Assembly (NCBI RefSeq): GCF_001194135.2
Contig: NC_068983.1
Location: 166,384,641-166,448,640, forward strand
Direction of reading: 5' to 3'
Source: Octopus bimaculoides
Lineage: Eukaryota
Length of the DNA: 64,000 bases
Shown: positions 1 through 11,605 of the stretch, piece after piece
Layout of the letters: the number at the start of each line of letters is the position of its first letter
How positions within the stretch are numbered: position 1 is the first letter of the stretch
Translations under genes and position numbers: made by a program
The notes under the pieces: model-generated
The model's input: only the letters and a program-made list of their open reading frames with translations
Told to the model about the DNA's origin: nothing
Database searches by the model: none

Positions 1-359
1 ATGCAACATTGAAGAGTTTTAGTCGTGTTTGATCCCAGTCAATTGTATCAGCCTAGTTTGTCCAGTGCTTATTTCATCAGCCTTGTAAATTAGAAATGGC
101 AAAGTCAAATAGTGCACACAGGACATAACTGAGATGACATCAAACAACATAAGGTGCTTTTCTTTGAATTACTGATTCTACCCAAACTCATGTGCATGTG
201 TATGTGCACAGCTCTGCTTACTATATTGTAGCCCTAATCCATATTGATGCTCCACTGATTACATTAAACTGCTGTGGGAGTTTAATATAGCCATAATTCA
301 AGTTTCGGCCTTCTATGGTAATTTGTCACAGATTTAGCACATCTCACATAAAAAGCATC

Positions 360-526
360 CACTACACCCTGTAAAGTGGCTGGTATTAGGAAGGGCATCC
401 AGTTGTAGAATTGATATCAAAACAGACAAATGGAGCCTGGTGCAGCTTCTCCAGCCTTGCCAGCTCCTATCAAACCATCCAACCCATACCAGCATGGGAA
501 ACAGACAGTAAATGATGATGATGACA
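360..526 (+). mobile_element. RTE-type 3' tail (SINE or truncated LINE end)
   Basis: Contains TTAGGAAGGGCATCCAG...CCCATACCAGCATGG...AAATGATGATGATG, the same tail that ends the LINE at 5160-7925. Confidence 0.8.
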
Positions 527-533
527 TCTATAT

Positions 534-535
<2 letters not shown>

Positions 536-582
<47 letters not shown>

Positions 583-605
583 AATATATATATATATTTA
601 TATAT
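536..605. repeat. (CA)n(TA)n compound microsatellite
   Basis: Direct reading. Confidence 0.95.
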
Positions 606-611
606 AAGGCT

Positions 612-1012
612 TTACATCCTCACACGCCAGCTTAATTTAATTCGTCCTTAGTCAAAAGACACCTGTTGTTATGTCCTGTCATTTGTATTTGTGTAACATT
701 CTCCGTTTTTTCCGTCCTTGTTTTCGTATACATTCACTGCTTTCTTCCAAGGAATCTAATGCTCTCAGCTTAGTTTTTCCTTGAGGCTGGCCAGATTGGA
801 GCAATCTCGAGTATAACCAGCCAAAATTGCAAGGATAATCTGGAACTCGACTGAGGAAAGAAAATTCTGAATGACCTGTCTTTGTTTCCTTTTATCATCT
901 ATCTGGATGTTTTGTCCCTTTCTTGTATCACCTAATTGTCTGGATGGTTTGTTGTCCCTTTCTTGTATCACCTAATTGTCTGGATGTTTTGCGTTCTTGT
1001 CCCATTTTGTAT
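612..1012. repeat. Unclassified ~400 bp repeat-like segment between two (TA)n tracts, with an internal tandem duplication
   Basis: The 35-nt TTGTCCCTTTCTTGTATCACCTAATTGTCTGGATG occurs at 912 and 952. (TA)n lies at both ends. Confidence 0.45.
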
Positions 1013-1056
1013 CTATATATATATATATATATATCTTCAAACATAGATACATATAA

Positions 1057-1200
1057 GCTTCCATACAATTTTTGTCTATAAAAATTCATTCAAAACATTT
1101 TTGGATGACTCAAATCTGTAGCAGATGATATTTTGCCAAAGGTTCTGGGTGCTGTGCACTGGGAGTAAACCAGGTATCCTGTGGTTGTGAAGCACCTTAC
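1057..1200 (-). mobile_element. Degenerate tRNA-head SINE 5' part
   Basis: Diverged match to the head shared with 24590-24748 and 9585-9728. Confidence 0.5.
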
Positions 1201-1289
1201 TACTTTTATCTTCTGTTAACAAAGAAATGAAAGATGAAATAAACATCAGAGATATTTTACCTCACACAAAAACTACAGGAGCTACTTAA

Positions 1290-1850
1290 GGACATTGCAA
1301 GCTCTTCTGGTGGTAATGATGACTAAAGATATTGTACTGTCAGGGACCCTTGTGAATGGTCAGCAAGTATCACAGGTTTACAAGCATTTCACCCCTTAGT
1401 CTATAGACTAAGGGGTGGGCTTTGCTTGAGTGGGCAACAAGAACTGAATTTGCAAACAGAAGGGTTCCATCTGTGGTCTCTTATCAATGACCTTGAACTA
1501 GCCATATCTATCTCCCAGAAGGCTTTCTTCAGCTGTTTGAGGTCCAAACCTGTCTTCTGCAGGGAACAGCACACTGATCCTGTTGAAAAGCCAAGACAGC
1601 CAACATCAATAGGCAATGAGGCCATGTACCATCCTTCGACAAGTGCCTTATCAACCAGCTCCTGATATTTGATCTTCCTCAGTTGATGAGAAATGCCAAG
1701 TCTGTCTTTGCAGGGCACTGAATTCAACCATGGTGATTATTTTAGCACCTTCTGGACAGCAGTAACATGCCTGGTTGGTGTGATATTACAGCCCGCCTCC
1801 TCTGGGAAGACAAGTCTATCGTTGTGTCTCCAAGTCTAAAACTGGAAGGA
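1290..1850 (-). mobile_element. 3' fragment of an R2/NeSL/HERO-like non-LTR retrotransposon (restriction-like endonuclease domain plus 3' UTR)
   Basis: Frameshifted translation QP(G)MLLLSRGAKIITMVEF..VPCKDR..RKIKYQELVDKALVEGW..SLPIDVGCLGF matches the RPD..ELTVPWE..RK..KYQ.L...GW...PIEVGCRGF RLE signature. Confidence 0.7.
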
Positions 1851-2117
1851 AAATCGCATATAACTATTTATAGTGTATATAAACTCGGACTCAGTCAAAT
1901 GAATCAAGCTAATTCGCACAGCTGTGCAAGTACACACACTAACAACATAGATTACATCATAGTGCACCACATAATGTCATCGGATAATTTAAAATGAGAT
2001 GTATGCTTTTTTAATAAACATACAGAACTATACATCTGGTGTAAACCAAGTGTTTACTTCTCATAACAAAGCTATAATTGTATATTTAGCAAAAAAAAAA
2101 ACAATGTACACTTTACA

Positions 2118-4090
2118 TCATCATCATCATTTAGCATCATCATTTAACGTCAGCTTTCCATGCTGGCATGGGTCAGACGGTTTGACTGGAACTGGCAAGC
2201 TGGAGAGCTGCACCAGGTTCTGGTCTGATTTGGCAGGGTTTCTATGGCTGGACATCCTTCCTAACACTAACCACTCCAAGAGTGTAATGAGCACTTTTAC
2301 CATGCCACTCACATGGGTGCCAGTCACATGGCACTGGCATCAGCCATGACTACAATTTCACTTGGCTTGATGGGTCTTCTCAAGTACAACATATTGCCAA
2401 AGGTCTCAATCATTTGTCATCGCGCTCTGTGAGACCAAACGTTCGAAGATTATGCTTCGCCACCTAGTCCTATATCTTCTTGAGTCTACCTCTTCCACAG
2501 GTTTCCTCCACAGTTAGAGATCAGCACTTCTTTACACAACTGTCTTCATCCATACACATCACATGGTCATACCAGTGCAGTCATCTCTCTTAGGCACCAC
2601 ATCTGATGCCTCTTATACCCAACTTTTCTCTCAAGATGTTTACACTCTGTTGAAGTGTACACTGACATTGCACAGCCAGCAAAGCAAACTGGCTTCATTT
2701 CTTTCAAGCCTACACATGTCCTCAGTGGTCACAGCCCATATTTCTCTGCTGTATAGCATGGCTGTTCACATACGGGCATTATACAATCTGCCTTTCACTC
2801 TGAGGGGGAGATCCTTAGCTACCAGCAAAGGTAGAAACTCTCTGAACATTGCTCAGCCAATTCTTATTGTAGCAGCTATACTCTCAGAGCATCCACCTCC
2901 ATTGCTGACTTGGTCATCCCAATAACGGAAGCTATCGACTACTTCTAAGTATCCCCCCTGGTATTTGATGGAACCTATTTTCTGTACATTTCTAGTGGTT
3001 ATTGCACTTGTGCACCTTCCACACACACAGACTATTTTCCTTGTTAACCGTCCTCTGATATTGCTGCAGCCCTTGTGTATATTGCTGCACCCTTTGTGTA
3101 TCCATAGCTTGTACATCTTATAGAGTTTCTACCCTCAACTTTTCTATATTGAGGTGGGACCATCAACCTGAAGGGACTTGTGATTTGTCCTCTTCCCTAC
3201 TTAGTAAGACTTTGGTTTTTTTCTAGATTAACTTTAAGGCCCTTTGATTCTAAACCTTGCTTCCATACCTGGAAGGTAATGATTCTGCTATAAGAGCAAG
3301 GTCATCAGCATAGAGGAGCTCCCAGGGGCAGCCTGTCTTGAATTCCTCTGTTATTGCCTGGAGGACTATGATGAATAAGAGGGACTAAGGTCTGATCCTT
3401 GGTGAAATCCTACTTGAACCCTGGACTCATCGCTATACTTGTTGCCAACCCTCACCTTACTGACAGCATCCCTGTACATGGCTTGTACAGCTCTCACAAA
3501 CGACTCATCTATCCCTAGTTTCTGTATTGATCACTAGATAAGGGACTGGGGAACCCTGTCAAAGGCTTTGTCCATGTCAACAAAAGCTAAGTACAGAGGT
3601 CTATTTTTGGCTAGGTACTTCGCCTGCAGCTGCCTTACCAAAAGTACAGCATCAGTGGTGCTTCTCCCTGGCATGAAACCAAACTGCATCTCATCGAAAC
3701 CTACTCTCTTCCTAATTAATTACCCTCTCCATAACTTTCATCGCCTGATCCAACAATTTGATACTTCTGTAATTAGTCCTATCTAAGGCATTACCTTTAC
3801 CTTTGTAGCAGTTGACTATGATCCTGCTACACCAGTCGTTGGGTATGAATCCCTTATGTACAACCTGGTTAATTATATGGGTGATTAGGCCATAACCCAC
3901 ACCACCAGATATTTTAAGCATCTCACTGGTGATTCCTGAGGAGCCAGGGGCTTTCTTGGTCTTCATATCCTTCATGGCTTTATCTATCATCTGTTTTATC
4001 TTACATTTCAAGTTATTCAAAAATGCTGTGTAGTGTACAAGAAAATAATTCATGTTGATAGCATGCTGTTGTGTGTATTCAATCCTGTTA
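2118..4090 (-). mobile_element. 5'-truncated, decayed RTE-clade LINE (RT domain to tail)
   Basis: ORF 3712-4053 KAPGSSGITSEMLK..WCSRIIVNCYKGKG..YRSIKLLD. Downstream motifs QFGFMPGRSTTDA, DMDKAFDRVP and YLEVVDSFRY. (CAT)n tail at 2118-2145. Confidence 0.92.
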
Positions 4091-4286
4091 ACTCCATTTT
4101 TCCCTATTAGTATGGGTTATATCAATATATTATAGAGGCAGTGTTTTATAGCTAGTTATCTATTGTGTCATTCATCTGTTTTGCAAGTAAGGGATCTCTT
4201 ATTTCCCATGCCTTCAAGGCTGCAAAGCAAGCATACTGTCTACTTAAAACACTCATAGCTTTCAAGGGTACAAATATAAAGACATG

Positions 4287-4317
<31 letters not shown>

Positions 4318-4319
4318 TC

Positions 4320-4678
4320 TACTGCAGAGTATGGGTCCTCTTGAGTACAGCAAGGTGCCAGGTATTTCAGTCCTTTGTCATCTCACCTAAAAGGTTCAGC
4401 ATCCTGAGATCGTACATCAGTACTTTGTCCCATGTCTTCCTGAGTCTCCCTCTTCCAGGAGATCCATCCACTTTGAGAGATTGGAACCTCTTTATAGAGC
4501 TGTTGACATCCATCCACATTACATGACCAAATCAGCACAGCCATCTCCCTTGCATGCTGCATCTAATTCCTCTTATGCTTAACTTTTCACTCAGTATACT
4601 AGCACTGTCACACATATATACACTTACATTACATATCTAGCAGAGCATACTCGTCTCATTCCTCTCTAACCTTCTCTT
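4320..4678 (-). mobile_element. RTE LINE C-terminal fragment
   Basis: Homologous to 2370-2720 and 7000-7350 (WFGHVMWMD..GR.RKTW region). Confidence 0.75.
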
Positions 4679-4716
4679 GAGGGGAATGAGGATAGTATGC
4701 TCCACTGGATGTGTAA

Positions 4717-4722
4717 TGTGTA

Positions 4723-4797
<75 letters not shown>
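4717..4797. repeat. (TG)n(TA)n microsatellite
   Basis: Direct reading. Confidence 0.95.
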
Positions 4798-4885
4798 TTA
4801 AGATAAGAGAAGAAATGGAGTAACATGTAACAATTAGAAGTTGATCATTAGTATTGAATGATCATGGTTTAATTATGGTTAAGAT

Positions 4886-4970
4886 AACATTTACAGCTGT
4901 TTCAGTTTGTTATTTTTGAGATAAACTTGCGTTTATCTCATTCCATGTAACAAACATTATCAGAATGATT
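4886..4970 (-). ncRNA. Type-I hammerhead ribozyme-like motif, core-mutated (G8A) in this copy
   Basis: Minus strand reads AATCATT-CTGATAA-T-GTTTGTTA..TGAGATAAAC(GCAA)GTTTATCTCA..TAACAAAC-T-GAAA-CAGCTG-TA-AATGTT. The inverted partial copy has CTGATGA at 5114-5120. Confidence 0.7.
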
Positions 4971-5136
4971 TGAACTTTACCAGAGGAATATTGACAGGAG
5001 ATCGAAGGGTGACAGGAGAAAAATGAAAAAAAGAAACGTGAAAGAAAAAAGAAAAAGATTCCTGTCAACCTTCGATCTTCTGTGAATATTCCTCTGGTAA
5101 AGTTCAAATCATTCTGATGATGTTTGTTGCATGGAA
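4941..5136. repeat. Inverted repeat, 77-bp arms (4941-5017 / 5060-5136), 5 mismatches, 42-nt A-rich loop
   Basis: Aligned by eye. Confidence 0.92.
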
Positions 5137-5159
5137 CAAACTAAAGAACATTGCCCAGC

Positions 5160-7925
5160 CAATTCTAAAGAACCCTTCACATGGTCAGAGATTTAGGGAC
5201 ATCCTCATTGAGAAATCTGATGAGAGGGAAGAGGAGCTACAGACTTCAGACATAGAGGGTAATTGGAAATTCCTATGGGACAGCTTACTGAGTGCCACAG
5301 ACCAAATCTGCAGCTGGTGCAAAGTCTCATCTAGACCTAGAGTACTGCGGTGGTGGAACAATGCAGTAGGCAAGGCTATTAGAGCAAGGAAACAGGCCTG
5401 GAAAGCCTGGAAGAGTGGGGGTAGCAGGGAACTGTACCAGATAGCCGGAAGGGAGGCTGAGAGACATGTATACATAACCAAGGGAGAAGCAGAAAAGAAG
5501 AAGTTTGCCAATGTTCAACAATGTGAGGACCAAAGAACTGAAGTATTTCGGATTGCAAGACAGTGTGTGAGAGAAAACTGTGATGTCGTAGGAGAGAAAT
5601 GTGTCCACATGGATGATGGTGCACTTGCTTTTAATGATTCTGCAAAGAAAGAGGCTTGGAGAAGCCATTATGAAAGACTGCTGAATGTGGAGAATGAATG
5701 GGAGGAGGAGTGTCTGCCAAATGTTGACCCAGTAGAGGGACCAGCTATCTGAATAGACAGCTCCCTTGTAGATAAAGCAATTAAGGGTATGAAGCCAGGA
5801 AAAGCTCCTGGCCCATCAGGAATCACTGCTGAGATGCTTAAAATATCAGGTGGTGTGGGTTATGGCCTAGTCACCTGTATAGGTAAACAGGTGATACACG
5901 AAGGAGACATACCCAATGACTGGTGTAGCAGCACCATAGTCAGCTGCTACAAAGGTAAAGGTGACGCTTTAGATAGAAATAACTACAGGGGTATCAAACT
6001 GCTGGATCAGGAGATGAAGGTCACAGAGAGGGTCATCGCCCAACTATGCTTAGATGAGATGCAGTTCAGTTTTGTGCCAGGTAGAAGCACCACTGATGCT
6101 ATATTCCTGGTAAGGCAACTTCAGGAGAAATATCTAGCCAAAGATAAACCCTTATACTTGGCTTTTGTTAACTTGGAGAAAGCCTTTGACAGGGTCCCCT
6201 GATCCCTTATCTGGCAGGCGATGCAGCACCTGGGGATAGACGAGTGGTTAATAAGAGCTGTACAGGCCCTGTACAGGAATGCTGTTAGTAAGGTAAGGGT
6301 TGGCAATGAGTATAGTGAAGAATTCCAAGTAGGAGTTCACCAAGGATCAGCCCTTAGCCCCCTTTTATTCATCATAGACCTCCAGGCAATAACAGAGGAA
6401 TTCAAGATAGGCTGCCCCTGGAATCTCCTCTATGCTGATGGCCTGAATCCCTACCAGAACTAGAGAAGAAATTTCAGGTGTGGAAGCAAGGTTTAGAATA
6501 GATGGGCCTTAGAGTCAATGTTCCAAAAACCAATGTCCGAATAAGTAGGAAGGCGAATACATCACAAACCCCTTCAGGTAAGTGACCCTGCCCGATCTGT
6601 AGAAAAGGTGTAGGTAGAAACTCCATAAGATGTACCCAGTGTAAGTTATGGATACGCAAAAGGTGCAGCAATATCAAAGGAAGGTTAACCAGGAAGATAG
6701 CTTTTGTGTGTTGCACATGCACAGGGGCAATAAACACTGCAGATGCTCAGAAAACTGATTCTATCACATGCTAGGGAGAGAAACTAGAAATAGTTGATAG
6801 CTTCTGTTACCTAGGTGACCAAGTCTGAAGTGGAGGTGGATACTCAGAGTGGGTTACCACTAGAATAAGAATAGCCTGGGCAAAGTTCAGAAAGCTCCTA
6901 CCCCTACTGGTGACAAGGGGCCTCTCACTCAGAGTGAAAGGTAGATTGTATGATGCATGTGTGTGAAATGCCATGCTACATGGCAGTGAAAAATGGGCCA
7001 TGGCTGCTGAAGACATGCGTAGGCTTGAAAGAAATGAAGCTAGTCTGATCCGCTGGATGTGTAACGTCAGTGTGCACACACTACAGAGTGTAAGTGTCCT
7101 GAAAGAGGTAGTATGCAAGAGAGACAACTATGCTGGTATGGTCATGTGCTGTGTATGGATAAAGAGAGCTGTATGAAGAAGTGTCACTCCCTAACATTGG
7201 AAGGAACTTGTGGTAGAGGGAGACCCAGGGAGACCCAGGAAGACATGGGATGAGGTGGTGAAACATGACCTTCGAACATTAGGCCTCACAGAGGCAATGA
7301 TGAAAGACCAAGACCACTGGAGATCTGCTGTGATTGAGAAAACCCACCAAGTAAAGTAAGATCACAGCCGTAGCCTACACCAGTGTCGCATAACCAGCCC
7401 ATTGAATCATCGGGTGACACGCCATGCTTGAAGAGAGCTACTGAGTCAAGTAAAATCAAAATCAAATCAAATCACAATTAGATGGAATTGTAGTTGTGGC
7501 CGATACCAGTGCCACCTGACTGGCTCCCATGCTGGTGGCACACAATAAGCACCATGCATGCATGCATGGGTTGTTGCCAGTGCCCCCTGACTGGCTCCCT
7601 GTGTCAGTAACACATAAAAAGCACCATTTGAATATGGTTGATGCCAGCCTCCCCGCCCTGACTGGCTCCTGTGCTGGTAGCATGTAAAAAGCACCATTCA
7701 AACGTGGCCAATGCCACCTGACTGGCTCCTGTGTTAGTGGCACATAAAAAGCACCCACTACACTCTCAGAGTGGTTGGCGTTAGGAAGGGCATCCAGCTG
7801 TAGAAACATTGCCAGATCAGATTGGAGCCTGGTGCAGCCTCCTGGCTTGCCAGTCACCAGACAAACCATCCAACCCATGCCAGCATGGAAAGTGGACGTT
7901 AAACAATGATGATAATGACGATGAT
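5160..7925 (+). mobile_element. 5'-truncated RTE-clade LINE pseudo-ORF2 with 3' UTR and (GAT)n tail
   Basis: ORFs 5117-5752, 5789-6202 (KAPGPSGITAEMLK, LEKAFDRVP) and 6221-6463 (GVHQGSALSPLLF, LYADG), with stops, frameshifts and deletions. C-terminal GRPR.T..TW motif. Tail ends ..GGACGTTAAACAATGATGAT. Confidence 0.95.
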
Positions 7926-8616
7926 AGGATAAAACAGAATCCAAGAAGACTAATAGCATCTATGTCAGCAAGACTTGTAGACTTGTATTATTTTGAAAAA
8001 TCAACAGAGAAAGTAAATATAATCAAGTCATTTAACCCACATTTCCCCACTTTGCACTTATTTTTATCAAGGATGTGTTTATTGACCAGAAAGAATACTG
8101 GCTACTATCATATATTTCAATTAATGTCACTTTATTCTGTGGATTTGGTTTATATCTGAAAACTGGCTGTAATAAAATTGTTTGATATAGAAATGTAAAA
8201 TACACTTAATATAACATACAGATTCTTTTATTGGTGTTGTACTCTGGAATTAAGGTTACAGTAAAAACAACCTAAAGATGAGCACATTAGTAAATAGCAT
8301 TAGAAAAAGAAGAAAAAAACTGATTTCTTTTGTAGTAGCAGTAATAATAATAATAATAATTTTAATAAAACTAGACTAGCCTACATTGATAAAAATAAAT
8401 CTTCAGAATTGAAAGACAACACAGTTCTTTCTTGGTTTCATCCATTTTGGCATATTTAGAAGATAAGAGTATTATCCGATCGAAAAGCAATGAAGTACAA
8501 ATCAATAATGTTGGAAAGACTGGGAGTTGTTGATAATATCGTAAGAGAAATTCCAAATGTGAATGATCAAGTAATCAGAGCAGCATTCCTTCACCAATAT
8601 TGCCGCTGTATATTGA

Positions 8617-8838
8617 AATAGTTACTCTCTTTACTCTTTTACTTGTTTCAGTCATTTGACTGCGGCCATGCTGGAGCACCGCCTTTAGTAGAGCAAATCG
8701 ACCTCAGGACTTATTCTTTGGACGCCTAGTACTTATTCTATCGGTCTCTTTTACCATACCGCTAATTTACGGGGACGTAAACACACCACCATCGGTTGTC
8801 AAGTGATGTTGGGGGGACAAACACAGACACACAAACAT
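8617..8838 (-). mobile_element. SINE 3' body (non-RTE tail type)
   Basis: TTTACTTGTTTCAGTCATTTGACTGCGGCCATGCTGGAGCACCGCC.. is shared with 24345-24540, 32915-33100 and 34545-34600. Confidence 0.8.
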
Positions 8839-9324
8839 ATTTGAGAGCATAGATATAGAAACGAAAGTAACAAAAAAACAAAATGGACTAAAATACTGAA
8901 TTTTGTTTCTTTTTTGCTTTTATAAAGAAAAATATAATGAAATAAATTGGGTTTTTTTTAAATATTCTAAATGAAAAAAAAAGGTTACATCCACTTATCA
9001 ACCACAGAGTAAACTGCAAGATTTAGTTTTCAGCATGTCTTCATCTTACACCCAAAAGCTATAAGATTGTTATTTCAGAACAATGTAGCTTTGAGGCATT
9101 ACTTTTACAGGTCCATATTTATTCATTCATTTGTTTGTTTGTTTTGGCTTTAATTTAATCTATTTTGCTACCTTCTTGTTTCATTAGAATCTATGCTTTG
9201 TAAACAGAAGAACTATCTTTCAAATGTTCGTGTTTAAATGTGTCATTTGAAGCCATTGATAATGGATGCTAACTATTTGTTATTATGTTCATGTCAGTAC
9301 AGCATCAGCAGAGCATTTTATTAT

Positions 9325-9728
9325 CCACTTTTCCATGCTTGAATGGATCTGATAGAATTCAATGAGGAAGAGTTTCTAACTTTGGCTGCCCTTCCTGTCA
9401 TCAACCCTCATCTGTTTCAAAGCAAGATATTTCTCCATGCTGGGCATGATTTTACTGAAGATTGGAAATAAGACATTGCTTACATAATGGTGACGCTTGT
9501 TTACAACTATTATGCAATGGCAAGACAAGGAGACACAAATAGACACAACACATATGCACATGCACACACACACACAAACATGATGGGTTTCTTTCAGGTT
9601 CTGTTTACCAAATTCACTGACAGGGCTTTGGTTAACCCTGACTATAGTAGAAGACACTTGACAAAAGTACCATTAAGTAGGACTGAACTCTGAAACCATA
9701 TGACTGGGAAGCAAACTTCTTAACCATA
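9325..9728 (-). mobile_element. tRNA-head SINE with internal (CA)n and RTE-type tail
   Basis: Head ..GGGAAGCAAACTTCTTAACCA at 9705-9727, TATAGTAGAAGACACTTG core, and tail TCCACTTTTCCATGC at 9325. Confidence 0.8.
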
Positions 9729-9925
9729 TATATCCCCCCCCACACACACACATATATATATATACATATATATATTTTTTTTTTAGGGTCACCTTCAGTC
9801 ATGGCTGACCATGGGTATCACATCTGTCCATTTATTGTCTAAGTTGGGCCGCTTGGCTTGTGCAGCACCTCCTGTGGCTATGGAGACCAATGCGAGGAAT
9901 AACAGTCTCAGTTGCATAGATTACA

Positions 9926-9958
<33 letters not shown>

Positions 9959-10109
9959 ATGCATGCGTGTCATACCTATTTGAAGATACTCTAACACCTA
10001 TTTTGGCTGCTATCGCTAAAACATCTATCAATTTCTTCCCCATTGGCCATACAGATGTCTATCAGATCATTTGCTTATAATGGGCAGAATAAAAAGTGAG
10101 AAAGAAAGG

Positions 10110-10505
10110 ATTTTGGTAGAAAAGATTATCATCAAGCTAACCAGATATAAATTTATTATCAGTTTAATGATATAGTTACTATTAGCACCTGTTTAGTTAT
10201 ATACACTTATTACCATCATCAGTTTAATTATAAACATCCAATTAATTAAGTAAAAATATTACCAATTTTTAATTATACCAATATTATTACCATTGGTTTA
10301 ATTACATGCAAATACCGTTATAATCAGTTTGTATACAAATATTATCATTAGGTTAATTATATACAAATATTATCATAATCAGTTTGATTACATACAATTA
10401 TTATTATTATTATCATAATCAGTTTGATTACATACAATTATTATTATTATTATTATTATCAGTTTGATTACATACAATTATTATTATAATTAGTTTAATT
10501 ATATA
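10110..10505. repeat. AT-rich degenerate minisatellite, ~40-bp period
   Basis: ATCAGTTTGATTACATACAATTATTATT occurs exactly at 10378, 10418 and 10458, with diverged units on either side. Confidence 0.85.
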
Positions 10506-10974
10506 CAAAAAAAAAGTGTTCACCTCACCCATACAAAACCATTTCAGTTCTAACTTTTTCCCTTAATTATATTGATTTGCCAAAATAAATCAATTGAGAT
10601 ATTAAACCAGTTTTCAATTTAGGTTTTCTATCATTCACTACTGGACATTATTAAAATCAATATTCCATAATTTGTTACCTCTTGTCAAAAATCAATACCC
10701 CATAATTTGATAACCATCTCTTCATATGACACATCGAGACTGAAGAAGGAAGCAACTCATACTAAAATAGTTACTTTTATGATGAGATGTCACATGTAGA
10801 TTATTACGAGATCAGATTAGTCCCTGTGGGTCTACTTCACCACTTTTAGTTATTGGGAGACAAATCCATAGGAATGCTTTTCACACATCCAGAAGAAAAT
10901 TTTAAAATATATCTTTACAACAGTACTACAACTTATGTTACTAACGTGTCTTTTGTGTGTGTGCATGCATGCAC

Positions 10975-11070
10975 AGAAATGGTACCTTGGATAAGTGTCT
11001 TCTACTAGAGCCCCAGGTCGTCCAAAGCCTTGTGAGTGCATCTGGTGGACAAACTGAAAGAATCCTATTG

Positions 11071-11105
<35 letters not shown>
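10975..11105 (+). mobile_element. SINE head fragment ending in (TG)n(AG)n
   Basis: GTACCTTGGATAAGTGTCTTCTACTAGAGCC..AAACTGAAAGAA. Confidence 0.7.
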
Positions 11106-11484
11106 TGGGGGTGAGAAGAAACTAGTGCACAGTCAAAAAGCTAAGCACACCAGGTTAATGCTTGAACAAATGCATTTGTTCTTCATCCTTCAAAAGAAAA
11201 TATTCAGGGTTTTATTGTATGAAGATACTCGTGTCTCAAGATTCAAGTGTTGAAAACATTTGCTTATATGCTTTTGTGCAATATTGCCTCATAATGTAAA
11301 CCTGTTTTGCATAATATGCATTATAATACCAACCATTCACTGAATATTTGAAATGGTTATAAAAATTTTATTTACCTACTGTAGATATAAGGAACATCAC
11401 ATAAACACATTTCCTACATCCATAATTGTCTGCCCATCTTTCTCTTTGATATGTTTCATTCTCAACATATCTAAAGTCCTTTTA

Positions 11485-11605
11485 TAAACAAGTGGGGGTT
11501 AGCAACAGGAAGGGTATCCAGCCCTAGAAAATTCTGCCCCAACATATTCTCATCTCATCCATACAAGCATAGAAAAGTAGGTGTTAAACTGATAATGATG
11601 ATGAC
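11485..11605 (+). mobile_element. RTE-type SINE tail
   Basis: AGGAAGGGTATCCAGCC..AGCATAGAAAAGTAGGTGTTAAACTGATAATGATGATG. Confidence 0.7.

Noticed and set aside
334-651. VCVC/HTHT/IYIY-rich ORFs here and throughout the window
   Set aside because: Translations of (CA)n/(TA)n microsatellites and SINE tails.
5117-6463. RT ORFs as a functional host gene or active LINE
   Set aside because: Multiple stops, frameshifts, a damaged YADD motif and 5' truncation.
8371-8620. Coding exon (plus KIRVLSDRKAMKY.. 8460-8540, or a minus-strand terminal exon from ~8607)
   Set aside because: Plausible signals on both strands, no recognisable homology, cannot choose between them.
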